Shown: positions 12,214-19,759, counted from the stretch's first letter. The stretch: 23,812 nt of DNA from Fidelibacterota bacterium (GCA_043822705.1 JBDRBK010000057.1:1-23812), one strand, 5' to 3'. The notes: generated by a model not told the origin, from the letters alone. A program made the numbers and translations.

Positions 12214-13026
12214 CTATAAAATACATTTTGATATTTGCCATGTGATGGCTAGTATTGTAGCAAGAGCTATCAGTAAAGAAAAATATAGAGGCACATTTTT
12301 TTCCGTAGCGGTAAATGATCTATATTTTTCTGGGCGAAGACCCTTCCCAAGTGAGATCCATTCAGCATTATAAATTTGGGCTCCTAATTTTTTTTCTAGT
12401 TGCAAAATTACATCATATTTCGCTTTGTTCAATTTACCGTAGTTATCAAGGAGATTTCTCCAAGAATTGCATAGGAGCATCCCAATAATAGAAAATCCGT
12501 ATAGAACCCATAATGTATTTAACCTAAGAGCATCAGATTTGGTCAAAAATCCAGATATAGCTATTAAACTACCAAGAGCAGTAATGAAAAAAGCATTAGT
12601 CTTCTGTCTTCTTTGAATTAGAGCTTCAGATGATTCCAGCATTATTTTATATAGATCCAATACATCTTCACTGTCACTTGAAAAGCAGGAGTCAAATTCA
12701 TTTTTATAATCATATAATAGTTTAAGCTTTTCTGCAGTATCTGTTTTTTCTCCATTTGGATATATTTCCAAAACTTCTTTACCTGATAGTATAGCTTTAT
12801 CAATCTCCCACTTTGCATTATCAGATTTTTCACATGAAGATCTATTATAAATAATGATGGCTTCTGCCTGATCTATTGCGTTTAATGCTTTATTTTTCCA
12901 TCGATTTCCACTAATACTATTAAGCATTACAATCTTGAATTTTATTGAATATTCTTTGGCAATACTCTTTAATGTTTTTCTTGCCTGTTTTTTATCTTTA
13001 AATCGATGAATAATAAATATTATCAT
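12214..13026 (-). CDS. TIR-like domain fused to a multi-TM membrane domain (resembles the RipA-family octameric membrane protein domain); putative defence effector
   Basis: N-term IFIIHRFKD...AIDQAEAIIIY...KSDNAKWEIDKA (TIR-like, Glu retained). C-term LYKIMLESSE...RRQKTNAFF-TM-TM-W..LLDNYGKLNKAKY..I..LEKKL....YNAEW...FT.TEKNVP-TM. AT-rich. Confidence 0.7.
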   Translation of the reverse strand: MIIFIIHRFKDKKQARKTLKSIAKEYSIKFKIVMLNSISGNRWKNKALNAIDQAEAIIIYNRSSCEKSDNAKWEIDKAILSGKEVLEIYPNGEKTDTAEKLKLLYDYKNEFDSCFSSDSEDVLDLYKIMLESSEALIQRRQKTNAFFITALGSLIAISGFLTKSDALRLNTLWVLYGFSIIGMLLCNSWRNLLDNYGKLNKAKYDVILQLEKKLGAQIYNAEWISLGKGLRPEKYRSFTATEKNVPLYFSLLIALATILAITWQISKCIL

Positions 13027-13035
13027 AAGATTTAA

Positions 13036-13425
13036 TTATCTATTACCTGCAATTAGACTCTTAAGATTATCCCATGTCCACTTGTAAATTGTATCTGATG
13101 ATTTTGCTGCTTTAGGTTTTTTGCATGTTTTCCCACTTCTTCCCCAAAGTAGGAAGTAGTTAACCTTTTCCTCTTGGGTGATTTCAACCTCAACGCTAAC
13201 ACCAGATGCAGTGTCGGTATGCTCACCGCAAATAACAATAACTACATCACATCCCTTTATTCTTGTACGAGCTTTCTTTTTCCAATCCTCAGAAATTGCT
13301 TCTTTAATTGAAAAATCAGCAATCTCAAACGGGGAGTCCGCGTTCTTAGCTTGTCCGACTAAGAGATTTTTTAAATCTAGGTCATGGTCGTAGTCAAAAC
13401 TTATAAATGTACGCTTTTTAGCCAT
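13036..13425 (-). CDS. Stand-alone TIR-domain protein (ThsB/MTH538/DUF1863-like)
   Basis: RTFISFDYDHD, DFSIKEA...WKKKARTRIKGCDVVIVICGEHT..ASGVSVEV, YKWTWDNLK; SD AGAGG upstream. Confidence 0.85.
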   Translation of the reverse strand: MAKKRTFISFDYDHDLDLKNLLVGQAKNADSPFEIADFSIKEAISEDWKKKARTRIKGCDVVIVICGEHTDTASGVSVEVEITQEEKVNYFLLWGRSGKTCKKPKAAKSSDTIYKWTWDNLKSLIAGNR

Positions 13426-13528
13426 TATTATTTCCTCTTTTTAAAATGATTATTCGTGCAAAATGAACGTTAATTTATTAGTATTGATCTCTATGATTTA
13501 TTCAGTACTACTTGCTAAATAACATTCC

Positions 13529-13629
13529 TCTCCCGGAAACAAGATGGAATAAAATACGTGGTGGATACTTCCGCGCCCGGTGCAACGGCGGAGTTTATTG
13601 TTATTGGAGAGCTTTACGCAAATGGTTTT
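13529..13629 (-). promoter_or_regulatory. Repeated promoter/leader element, copy A (upstream of TIR operon)
   Basis: Colinear with 14322-14422 at constant offset 793; minus strand TTGCGT-N18-TAAACT then conserved GC-rich leader. Confidence 0.7.
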
Positions 13630-13689
13630 TTAATAGTCAAAATATTAGTTAAATGTCAGGTAAGTACGTTGTTTACTATTAGAAATAGT

Positions 13690-13995
13690 ATTGGCGTGAG
13701 ACTCTGGATTATAACCTATTAGTTAGGTATTCTAATCCAGAAATGGAAGCATCTACCGTTTGACGGGTAAATGCGTTTCCCATTTTTAACAATATACTTA
13801 CAAAAAATCTCTTTATAAGTATATTGCCTATGTGCATTCACTTTCATTTAATCACCTCCTTTCTTGGGACGCGGTTTGACCGGCTCTCCCAGGTGATCTC
13901 TCCGTTACGAAAAATCACGGAGAGAGCCAGTGAGTGACCGAATCGCCTAGAAAGGCGTGATAATAAGAGCGCCGCTAGTTTTATCTCACGCCAAT
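13690..13995 (-). ncRNA. Candidate highly structured RNA element (~306 nt) closed by a 12-bp inverted repeat and containing a small ORF
   Basis: ATTGGCGTGAGA (13690-13701) / TCTCACGCCAAT (13984-13995); long rod 13851-13961; hairpins 13790-13826, 13741-13785, 13703-13741. G-U wobbles form only on the minus strand. Confidence 0.7.
13719..13847 (-). CDS. Unannotated 42-aa basic small protein MKVNAHRQYTYKEIFCKYIVKNGKRIYPSNGRCFHFWIRIPN
   Basis: ATG at 13847, TAA at 13721-13719; SD AGAAAGGAGGTGAT (13864-13851) ends 3 nt before ATG. Below the ORF-track size cutoff. Confidence 0.7.
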   Translation of the reverse strand: MKVNAHRQYTYKEIFCKYIVKNGKRIYPSNGRCFHFWIRIPN

Positions 13996-14014
13996 TGTCA
14001 AAAACCTATTTTTG

Positions 14015-14284
14015 TTACTGAGAATGCCTACTTTTTTTCTTCGTAGAATCACCTTTTTCTCTATTAACCGAAGTTTTAAGAGCCTGTAGATTTCGGATAT
14101 CATCTGACCCACCTATAGCTGATGGTTTTATATGGTCTATTTCCCAACCCATTGTGGTATCTTTACCATATGAATCGTAACGAATTTTATTTCCATATGG
14201 GTCCTGACGATAATTATCGGGATTTTCCCCTTTAATTGGTTTAGCTTTATCCCACACCTTATCTTTTTGAGATTTATTAGCCAT
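14015..14284 (-). CDS. Minimal stand-alone HNH (H-N-N type) endonuclease
   Basis: GWEIDHIKP..GGSDDIRNLQAL...NREKG beta-beta-alpha-metal motif; 89 aa. Confidence 0.88.
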   Translation of the reverse strand: MANKSQKDKVWDKAKPIKGENPDNYRQDPYGNKIRYDSYGKDTTMGWEIDHIKPSAIGGSDDIRNLQALKTSVNREKGDSTKKKSRHSQ

Positions 14285-14321
14285 TTTGACTTATACCTTT
14301 ATCAGTTACTATAGTTACCCT

Positions 14322-14422
14322 TCTCCCGGAAACAACCAACAGTAAAATACGTCAATGCATCTTCCGCGCCCGGTGCGACGGCGGAGTTTATTGTTTATTT
14401 ACGGCTTTAAGCAAGCGGTTTT
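14322..14422 (-). promoter_or_regulatory. Repeated promoter/leader element, copy B (upstream of HNH)
   Basis: Minus strand TTGCTT-N18-TAAACT; 35-nt core 14361-14395 differs by 1 nt from 13568-13602. Confidence 0.7.
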
Positions 14423-14504
14423 CTGATGGTTGATTTTGGTTGATGGATGTTGGATTGAAGCAGGGGAAAGCTGCGGAATAATGATTACAGCACTCCAATT
14501 GCTC

Positions 14505-14924
14505 GGGGAAGTGTTGCCTATTCCAGGAAATTCCTTCCCCGTGTTAGGGGAAACACTCCCCGATCAAAATAATTGTCCGCCCCATCTTGGGGAACTCTTC
14601 CCCCAGGTCGGGGAACCTTTGCCAAAGCAGGGGCAGGGCATAAATCATCTTGGGCGGACTTCGCCCAAACATGGGGAACCTTCGCCCAAGCAGGGGCAGG
14701 GTATAAATCATCTTGGGCGGACTTCGCCCATTCAAGGGAAGGTCGCACCCAAACATGGGGAACCTTTGCCCATGATTGGGAGAACCTTCCCCAATCATAA
14801 TAATTGTCCACCCCATCTTGGGGAACCTTTCCCCCAGGTCGGGGAAACCTTCCCCCAGGTCGGGGAACTCTTCCAGAAGGTAGGGGAGACCTTAGTCAAG
14901 GTCGTGGAACCTTTCCCCTTGGTA
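14505..14924. repeat. Tandem array of 20 degenerate 21-bp units, consensus ~GGGGAA-NNN-TTCCCC-N6
   Basis: Units start at 14505+21n without indels (e.g. 14589 ggggaactcttcccccaggtc, 14820 ggggaacctttcccccaggtc, 14841 ggggaaaccttcccccaggtc). Confidence 0.9.
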
Positions 14925-15038
14925 AAATCGATGTTTTGCCAGGTTGAAATGCAAATGCCGGAGAGACTTTTTCGTACCGACCGGCCGGCCGGCCCGCCGC
15001 AGGTACGCAGGCGGGGAAGCAGGTCTAATAAAATATAT

Positions 15039-15094
15039 CACCCTTCGATACGCCTTCGTTGACACTACGGCGCACAGGCAGGCTCAGGGTGACA
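15039..15094. repeat. REP-like element; near-identical inverted copy of 20352-20407
   Basis: cacccttcgatacgccttcgttgacactacggcgcacaggcaggctcagggtgaca matches the reverse complement of 20352-20407 with few mismatches. Confidence 0.8.
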
Positions 15095-15119
15095 TAAGAA
15101 CCGGGGACAGAGTAATGAA

Positions 15120-15749
15120 CTAAAACTGAATTCTGTTGAGCAGGGTGGGAATCCCCATGTTGAAAATATTGATCAGCAGATGGGAGAAAATGCACAGCCG
15201 GAGACTGTTGGTCTTTTTGTAGATCAGCACCATCGCGTAGCCCAGGATCAGCACGGTGATATAAAAGGGGAGTGCCCGGACCGCATCCGATTGCCAGGCG
15301 AAGGCCGAATGCCAGACCATGAAAAAGACGCTGGAATAGGTGGCCGCTAACCAGGTGGGCCATTTTTTGGTGACATCCAGCAGTAGTCCCCGCCAGTAGA
15401 ACTCCTCCAGCCAGGGATTGATTATGAAAAATGCGATATGCAGGAGTAAAACCGCTGTATCCCGGAATACAGTCACATTATTGATAAACAACGGTAATGA
15501 TGATATCCCCAGGGCGCCGGCCAGGACGATCCAGCCCCAGTGCCCCTGCGGTTTAACCAGCCAGCGTTTAATATTGTCAAAACCGTACCTGAACAGAATG
15601 AATGCCAGTAGCCCCCAGTAGATCAGGATGACCGGAATAAGGACCATGCCGCCAAAATATTTCCCGAATATAATTGCGGTCAAATGAGTAATCAGGAGTA
15701 TGATCAGCGGGGAAAGGATGAAAAAACGGTTTGTTGGTGTTTTGTTCAT
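15120..15749 (-). CDS. CPBP-family (CAAX/Abi, Rce1-like) intramembrane glutamic endopeptidase
   Basis: EEFYWRG, FFMVWH and SHLLIN motifs; multiple TM helices. Confidence 0.88.
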   Translation of the reverse strand: MNKTPTNRFFILSPLIILLITHLTAIIFGKYFGGMVLIPVILIYWGLLAFILFRYGFDNIKRWLVKPQGHWGWIVLAGALGISSLPLFINNVTVFRDTAVLLLHIAFFIINPWLEEFYWRGLLLDVTKKWPTWLAATYSSVFFMVWHSAFAWQSDAVRALPFYITVLILGYAMVLIYKKTNSLRLCIFSHLLINIFNMGIPTLLNRIQF

Positions 15750-15809
15750 GGTATTACCTGATCATTGGTCGATGGTCGGCAGTCAGTGGTCAGTGGTTCG
15801 TGTAAACGT

Positions 15810-15983
15810 TTATTGCTGAGCTGGTCTGTTTTTTATTGCACTGACCAGAAGAAAACCCATTCCGGCCAGGATTGTCGTAATGTCAAAGGTTAGTAAACGT
15901 CCATCATCAATTATATTAAGAAGTCCATTCAAGACCAGCAGAATTCCGATTATAACTAATGATACCCGGATTAAGTTGTTCAT
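15810..15983 (-). CDS. Unannotated 57-aa small membrane protein with two hydrophobic segments
   Basis: MNNLIRVSLVIIGILLVLNGLLNIIDDGRLLTFDITTILAGMGFLLVSAIKNRPAQQ*; SD AAGGAG 6 nt upstream of ATG. Confidence 0.65.
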   Translation of the reverse strand: MNNLIRVSLVIIGILLVLNGLLNIIDDGRLLTFDITTILAGMGFLLVSAIKNRPAQQ

Positions 15984-16060
15984 TATCTACTCCTTGTTCT
16001 TGTGTAATATAACTAACATGTTGTAAAAATGTTCTTAATAATTTTCGCTGGTGAAATGGA

Positions 16061-16208
16061 AGCCGTTGAAATGGTAGCGATTTTTATGGATTTGTCTACC
16101 CACGACTAAAGTCATGGGCTGTTGAACGAATTTATATTTTATTGAATAGCCTATGTTTTTAACCGTGGGGATATAGATGCAAATGATGGATTAACCGTTT
16201 TAACGGTT
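16061..16208. repeat. Degenerate REP cluster (CCCACG..CGTGGG and AACCGTT..AACGGTT palindromes)
   Basis: cccacgactaaagtcatggg 16099-16118, ...ttttaaccgtggg ~16157-16169, aaccgttttaacggtt 16193-16208. Confidence 0.6.
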
Positions 16209-16283
16209 TCAAAACATTTTATGGAGCTGCCATCAAGGTCATCGGAAGGCGACCTTCCGGGTTACATGCTAATCCTCGGTAAT

Positions 16284-16362
16284 ATGTCATGCTGAGCTTG
16301 TCGAAGCATGGAGCAGCATGTCTAATAAAATATATGACCCTTCGACTCGCTCAGTGTGACAT
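16284..16362. repeat. REP-like palindromic element (TGTCATGCTGAGC..TCGAAG family)
   Basis: atgtca/tgacat, ctgagc/gctcag and tcgaag/cttcga nested matches; shares gtctaataaaatatat.acccttcga with 15023-15048. Confidence 0.75.
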
Positions 16363-16420
16363 GGTTGGCGGAACCGATGTAATTTACAGCCGTTGAGAAA
16401 CTCTACCAAACGGACGAAAG

Positions 16421-17263
16421 ATGCAGATCGGACAGTACACCCTCTATGAAATCGAGACCAGCCGCTTCGGCCTGGACGGCGGCGCCATGTTCGGGATCAT
16501 TCCCAAGACGCTGTGGGAGCGGCAGCTGCCGGCCGACGCGCGCAACCGGATCGTAATGTCCACCCGCTCGCTGCTGTTGGCGAGCGCCGACCGTAAAATT
16601 TTAATCGACAGCGGCAACGGCGACAAGTGGCAGGAGAAATTCCGGGCGATCTACGACATCGACACTACCAGCGTCAGCCTGGAAAAATCGCTGGCGGCCC
16701 ACGGCTTCGCTCCGGATGACATAACCGATGTGTACAACACCCACATGCATTTCGATCACATCGGCGGCGGCACGCGCTTGGTAAACGGCCGTACCGAACC
16801 GACCTTTGCCAATGCCCGCTACTGGTACCAGCAGGATAACTGGGCGCTGGCCAACTCGCCCAGCGAGAAGGACCAGGGCAGCTTCATGGCCGCAGACTGG
16901 CAGGTGCTGGCGGAAAACGGCCTGGTGGAACTGGTGGACGGCAAGGAGGAATTCCTGCCGGGCCTGAAAAACGTGGTAGTAAACGGCCATACCGACGGCC
17001 AGATGCTGCCATTGATCACCGACGGCACGAACACCCTGCTGTACTGCGGCGACCTGATCCCCACCGCGGCCCATATTCCGCTGCCGTGGATCATGGCCTA
17101 CGATGTGCGTCCGCTGAAAACGCTGCGGGAAAAACAGGAATTGCTGCCCCGGGCGGTGGCTGAAAACTGGGTCCTGTTTTTCGAGCACGATCCCAATATT
17201 GCCGCCGCCACGGTAAAATTCGACGGCAAACATTACCGTAAAAACCAGGTGGTAACTATATAG
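16421..17263 (+). CDS. MBL-fold metallo-hydrolase (YtnP-like)
   Basis: LDGGAMFGIIPK, THMHFDHIGG (HxHxDH), GHT, GDLIPT, FFEHDP. Confidence 0.9.
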   Translation: MQIGQYTLYEIETSRFGLDGGAMFGIIPKTLWERQLPADARNRIVMSTRSLLLASADRKILIDSGNGDKWQEKFRAIYDIDTTSVSLEKSLAAHGFAPDDITDVYNTHMHFDHIGGGTRLVNGRTEPTFANARYWYQQDNWALANSPSEKDQGSFMAADWQVLAENGLVELVDGKEEFLPGLKNVVVNGHTDGQMLPLITDGTNTLLYCGDLIPTAAHIPLPWIMAYDVRPLKTLREKQELLPRAVAENWVLFFEHDPNIAAATVKFDGKHYRKNQVVTI

Positions 17264-17435
17264 GCTATTCTCCCGGCTATTTTACCGCGGAGACGCAGAG
17301 GGCACAGAGAAATCAATATTTATTCAAAATTCCTGGTTATGAGAACTCCATACTCGACGCTCCGGTCCCCCTGCTTATTTTGAGACAGGCAGGGATGAGG
17401 CCGTTTCCCACGCCCGGCAATTGATAATCTCTGTT

Positions 17436-17500
17436 CAACCCCGTTGGGGTTGCCGTAAATAATAAGCGATTGGTCTATCCACATTTAACTCCTGCGGAGT
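17436..17500. repeat. REP-like pair of short palindromes
   Basis: caaccccgttggggttg 17436-17452 and actcctgcggagt 17488-17500. Confidence 0.5.
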
Positions 17501-17573
17501 AATCATCCTTATTCGGTAAATATTTAAGGCGTTCGTAATTTTCAGCAGCTTATCAACCAAAACAGGGTATCCG

Positions 17574-17921
17574 ATGGCCGAAGTACTGTTATTCATTCAC
17601 GATTTCAAACTGGGAACGGCGATTTCCGACACGCTGACGCGGATGGACATTACGGTGGAATTCGTGGAAAATCCCACGGACTGGCTGGGTCTGCTGGGGG
17701 CGGAAACGCGGCTGGTGGTGATCGACCTGGACGATGAAAAATACCTGTCCCACGCCATCATTTCACTGCTGAAAGTGCGCAATCCCGAAATCCGGATCGT
17801 CGGCTATCTGGCGCATGTGATGAAGGAAACCCGCGACCGGATGAAGTCCGCCGGCTGCGACCTGATTATTTCCCGCTCGTCGCTGTTAAAGAACATTCCC
17901 TCGCTGGTGCGCAACCTGTAA
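17574..17921 (+). CDS. Stand-alone CheY-like receiver domain protein (atypical)
   Basis: (beta-alpha)5 pattern with LVVIDL, IRIVGY and SAGCDLII; lacks the KP motif. Confidence 0.7.
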   Translation: MAEVLLFIHDFKLGTAISDTLTRMDITVEFVENPTDWLGLLGAETRLVVIDLDDEKYLSHAIISLLKVRNPEIRIVGYLAHVMKETRDRMKSAGCDLIISRSSLLKNIPSLVRNL

Positions 17922-17923
17922 AC

Positions 17924-18568
17924 GTGGCCGAAGCGCAGACCAGCAGAAATTTACGCGCCCGGGAGGTCGTCCGGCGGCTGAAAACCGAATATCCCGATGC
18001 GGCCTGCTCGCTGACCTACGGCACGACCCACGAACTGCTGGTCGCCACGATCCTGTCGGCCCAGTGCACCGATGAGCGCGTCAATAAAACCACCCCGGCC
18101 TTGTTCGAAAAATATAAAACGCCCCGCGATTTCGCCTATGCCGATGAAGCGGAGCTGGCGCAGGATATCCATTCCTGCGGCTACCACAACCAGAAGGCCC
18201 GCAGCATCCGCGGCGCCAGCCTGCGGATCGTGGAGGAATACGCCGGCCGGGTGCCGGGCAATTTGGCGGAACTGGTCGAGTTGCCCGGCGTTGGACGAAA
18301 AACCGCCAACTGCGTTCTGGGGGAATGTTTCGGGGAACCGGCTCTGGTGATCGATACCCACATGGTGCGGATCATGAATCTGCTGAGCTTCACCGTCAGC
18401 CGCAATCCGGAACAAATCGAACGCGAACTGGCGCTGATATTTGACCGCCAGGACTGGGTGGTTCTGACCCACATGATCATCGACCACGGCCGGGCCGTCT
18501 GTATCGCCCGCCGGCCGCGCTGTTCCACCTGTGTGCTGGCTGATCTGTGTCCGGCCGCCGCCCCTTGA
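17924..18568 (+). CDS. nth: Endonuclease III
   Basis: LVATILSAQCTD, HhH LPGVGRKTAN, IDTH, C-terminal CX6CX2CX5C. Confidence 0.95.
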   Translation: MAEAQTSRNLRAREVVRRLKTEYPDAACSLTYGTTHELLVATILSAQCTDERVNKTTPALFEKYKTPRDFAYADEAELAQDIHSCGYHNQKARSIRGASLRIVEEYAGRVPGNLAELVELPGVGRKTANCVLGECFGEPALVIDTHMVRIMNLLSFTVSRNPEQIERELALIFDRQDWVVLTHMIIDHGRAVCIARRPRCSTCVLADLCPAAAP

Positions 18569-18643
18569 TAATACCGCAAATTATTTGCATTTAATCCCGG
18601 CGACGGTACATTCCGTCAACGTTTTTCAGCAGGAAGAGTAACA

Positions 18644-19057
18644 ATGGCAAATCCATATATTACCAAGGTCTTTCATTTCTGCGCCGCCCATCAGTACGGT
18701 CACAGCGACTGGAGCGATGAACGCAACCGGGAGGTTTTCGGGCCCGACGCCCGGGTGCACGGCCACAATTACGCCCTGGAAATAACCGTCACCGGGCCGG
18801 TCGATCCCGACACCGGTTTCTGTGTCGATCTGGGCGAACTGAAGCAAATTGTCGACGAAAATGTAATCCGGCAGTTGGATCATGCCCAGATCGAGCGGGA
18901 CGTGCCCTGGTTCCACGGCAAGCAGCCCAGCTCGGAGAATATGGTGCGCTTCATTTGGGACGAAGTCGCCCCGCGCCTGCAGGGTCCGCGCCTGCACCGC
19001 GTCCGCCTGCGGGAGACGCCGACGATTTTCACCGACTACTACGGCCGGGAGCTGTAG
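18644..19057 (+). CDS. 6-carboxytetrahydropterin synthase / PTPS family
   Basis: FCAAH, HGHNY, LDH, PSSEN and LRET T-fold motifs; clustered with folE and a queuosine-precursor transporter. Confidence 0.85.
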   Translation: MANPYITKVFHFCAAHQYGHSDWSDERNREVFGPDARVHGHNYALEITVTGPVDPDTGFCVDLGELKQIVDENVIRQLDHAQIERDVPWFHGKQPSSENMVRFIWDEVAPRLQGPRLHRVRLRETPTIFTDYYGREL

Positions 19058-19060
19058 CCG

Positions 19061-19759
19061 ATGGAGTTCAAGGAAAAGCTGTTTCTGTTCCTGTCCGGCA
19101 TCTTTTTGACGTCGCTGGTGCTGGGCAACGTGATCGGCACCACCAAGTTCGTGCAGATCTTTTTCATGACCGTACCTGCCGGCGTGCTGGCCTACCCGTT
19201 TACTTTTCTGGCCACCGACCTGATCTGCGAACTCTACGGCAAGCAGCGGGCCCAGTCCCTGGTCTGGATCGGTTTCATCATGAATATTTTCATGCTGGGA
19301 TTGATGACGCTGGGGCATGTCCTGCGGGATGCCGGCGGTATTTCCGGCGCCACCTCGACCTTCGAGGCGGTCTATCGTTTTATGGTCGGCAACACCCTGG
19401 CGTCGATGATCGCCTACCTGACCGCCCAGACCATCGACGTGCACCTGTTCCATTTCTGGAAGCGCCTGACCAAGGGCAAACACCTGTGGCTGCGCAACAA
19501 TCTGTCCACCACCGTCAGCCAGCTGGTGGATACCACGGCGATCCTGTCGATCCTGTATTTCGCCAACAACCTGGGTGACAATGTCAATTCGGTCGGGGCC
19601 CTGTTCGCGCTGATTGTTTCATCCTACCTGTTCAAATTTTTCTTCGCCCTGCTGGACACGCCGCTGTTCTATCTGGGCGTCTGGCTGCTGAAGGCAAGAG
19701 TCCACGAAGACCCCGATGAAACCTGGGGCTACCGGGGGTTTAAAAAGGAGGCTTTATGA
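19061..19759 (+). CDS. Queuosine precursor transporter (YhhQ/DUF165)
   Basis: [42 protein letters not shown]. Confidence 0.9.
   Translation: MEFKEKLFLFLSGIFLTSLVLGNVIGTTKFVQIFFMTVPAGVLAYPFTFLATDLICELYGKQRAQSLVWIGFIMNIFMLGLMTLGHVLRDAGGISGATSTFEAVYRFMVGNTLASMIAYLTAQTIDVHLFHFWKRLTKGKHLWLRNNLSTTVSQLVDTTAILSILYFANNLGDNVNSVGALFALIVSSYLFKFFFALLDTPLFYLGVWLLKARVHEDPDETWGYRGFKKEAL

Noticed and set aside
13851..13864. 16S rRNA fragment
   Set aside because: Only 14 nt match the 16S tail and the flanks are not rRNA-like; better explained as the SD of the minus-strand sORF.
13690..13995. Retron msr-msd or DRT ncRNA
   Set aside because: The terminal inverted repeat resembles a1/a2, but no reverse transcriptase is encoded in the window.
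13973..14001. Own promoter for the structured RNA (TTGACA on minus strand at 14001-13996)
   Set aside because: No acceptable -10 at 16-18 nt spacing (CTAGCG/TAGCGG); co-transcription with the HNH is more likely.
13529..14422. Integron attC sites
   Set aside because: The repeats are not palindromic with RYYYAAC/GTTRRRY ends, they sit upstream of genes with promoter motifs, and no tyrosine integrase is seen.
14424..14457. Short ~7-bp degenerate repeats (tgatggt/tgatgga; also cagtggt near 15770-15797)
   Set aside because: Too few and too degenerate to support a functional call.
14505..14924. CRISPR or TIGR array
   Set aside because: The 21-bp period is too short, there is no invariant repeat with unique spacers, and no cas or Nop-domain gene is in the window.
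14430..15062. 210-aa ORF as a confident gene
   Set aside because: TTG start without clear SD, openness explained by the 21-bp repeat, and its end runs into a REP element.
18569..18643. preQ1 riboswitch upstream of the queD-like operon
   Set aside because: A small GACGG/CCGTC hairpin exists, but the preQ1-I loop consensus and A-rich tail are missing; TTGCAT-N16-TACATT looks more like a promoter.
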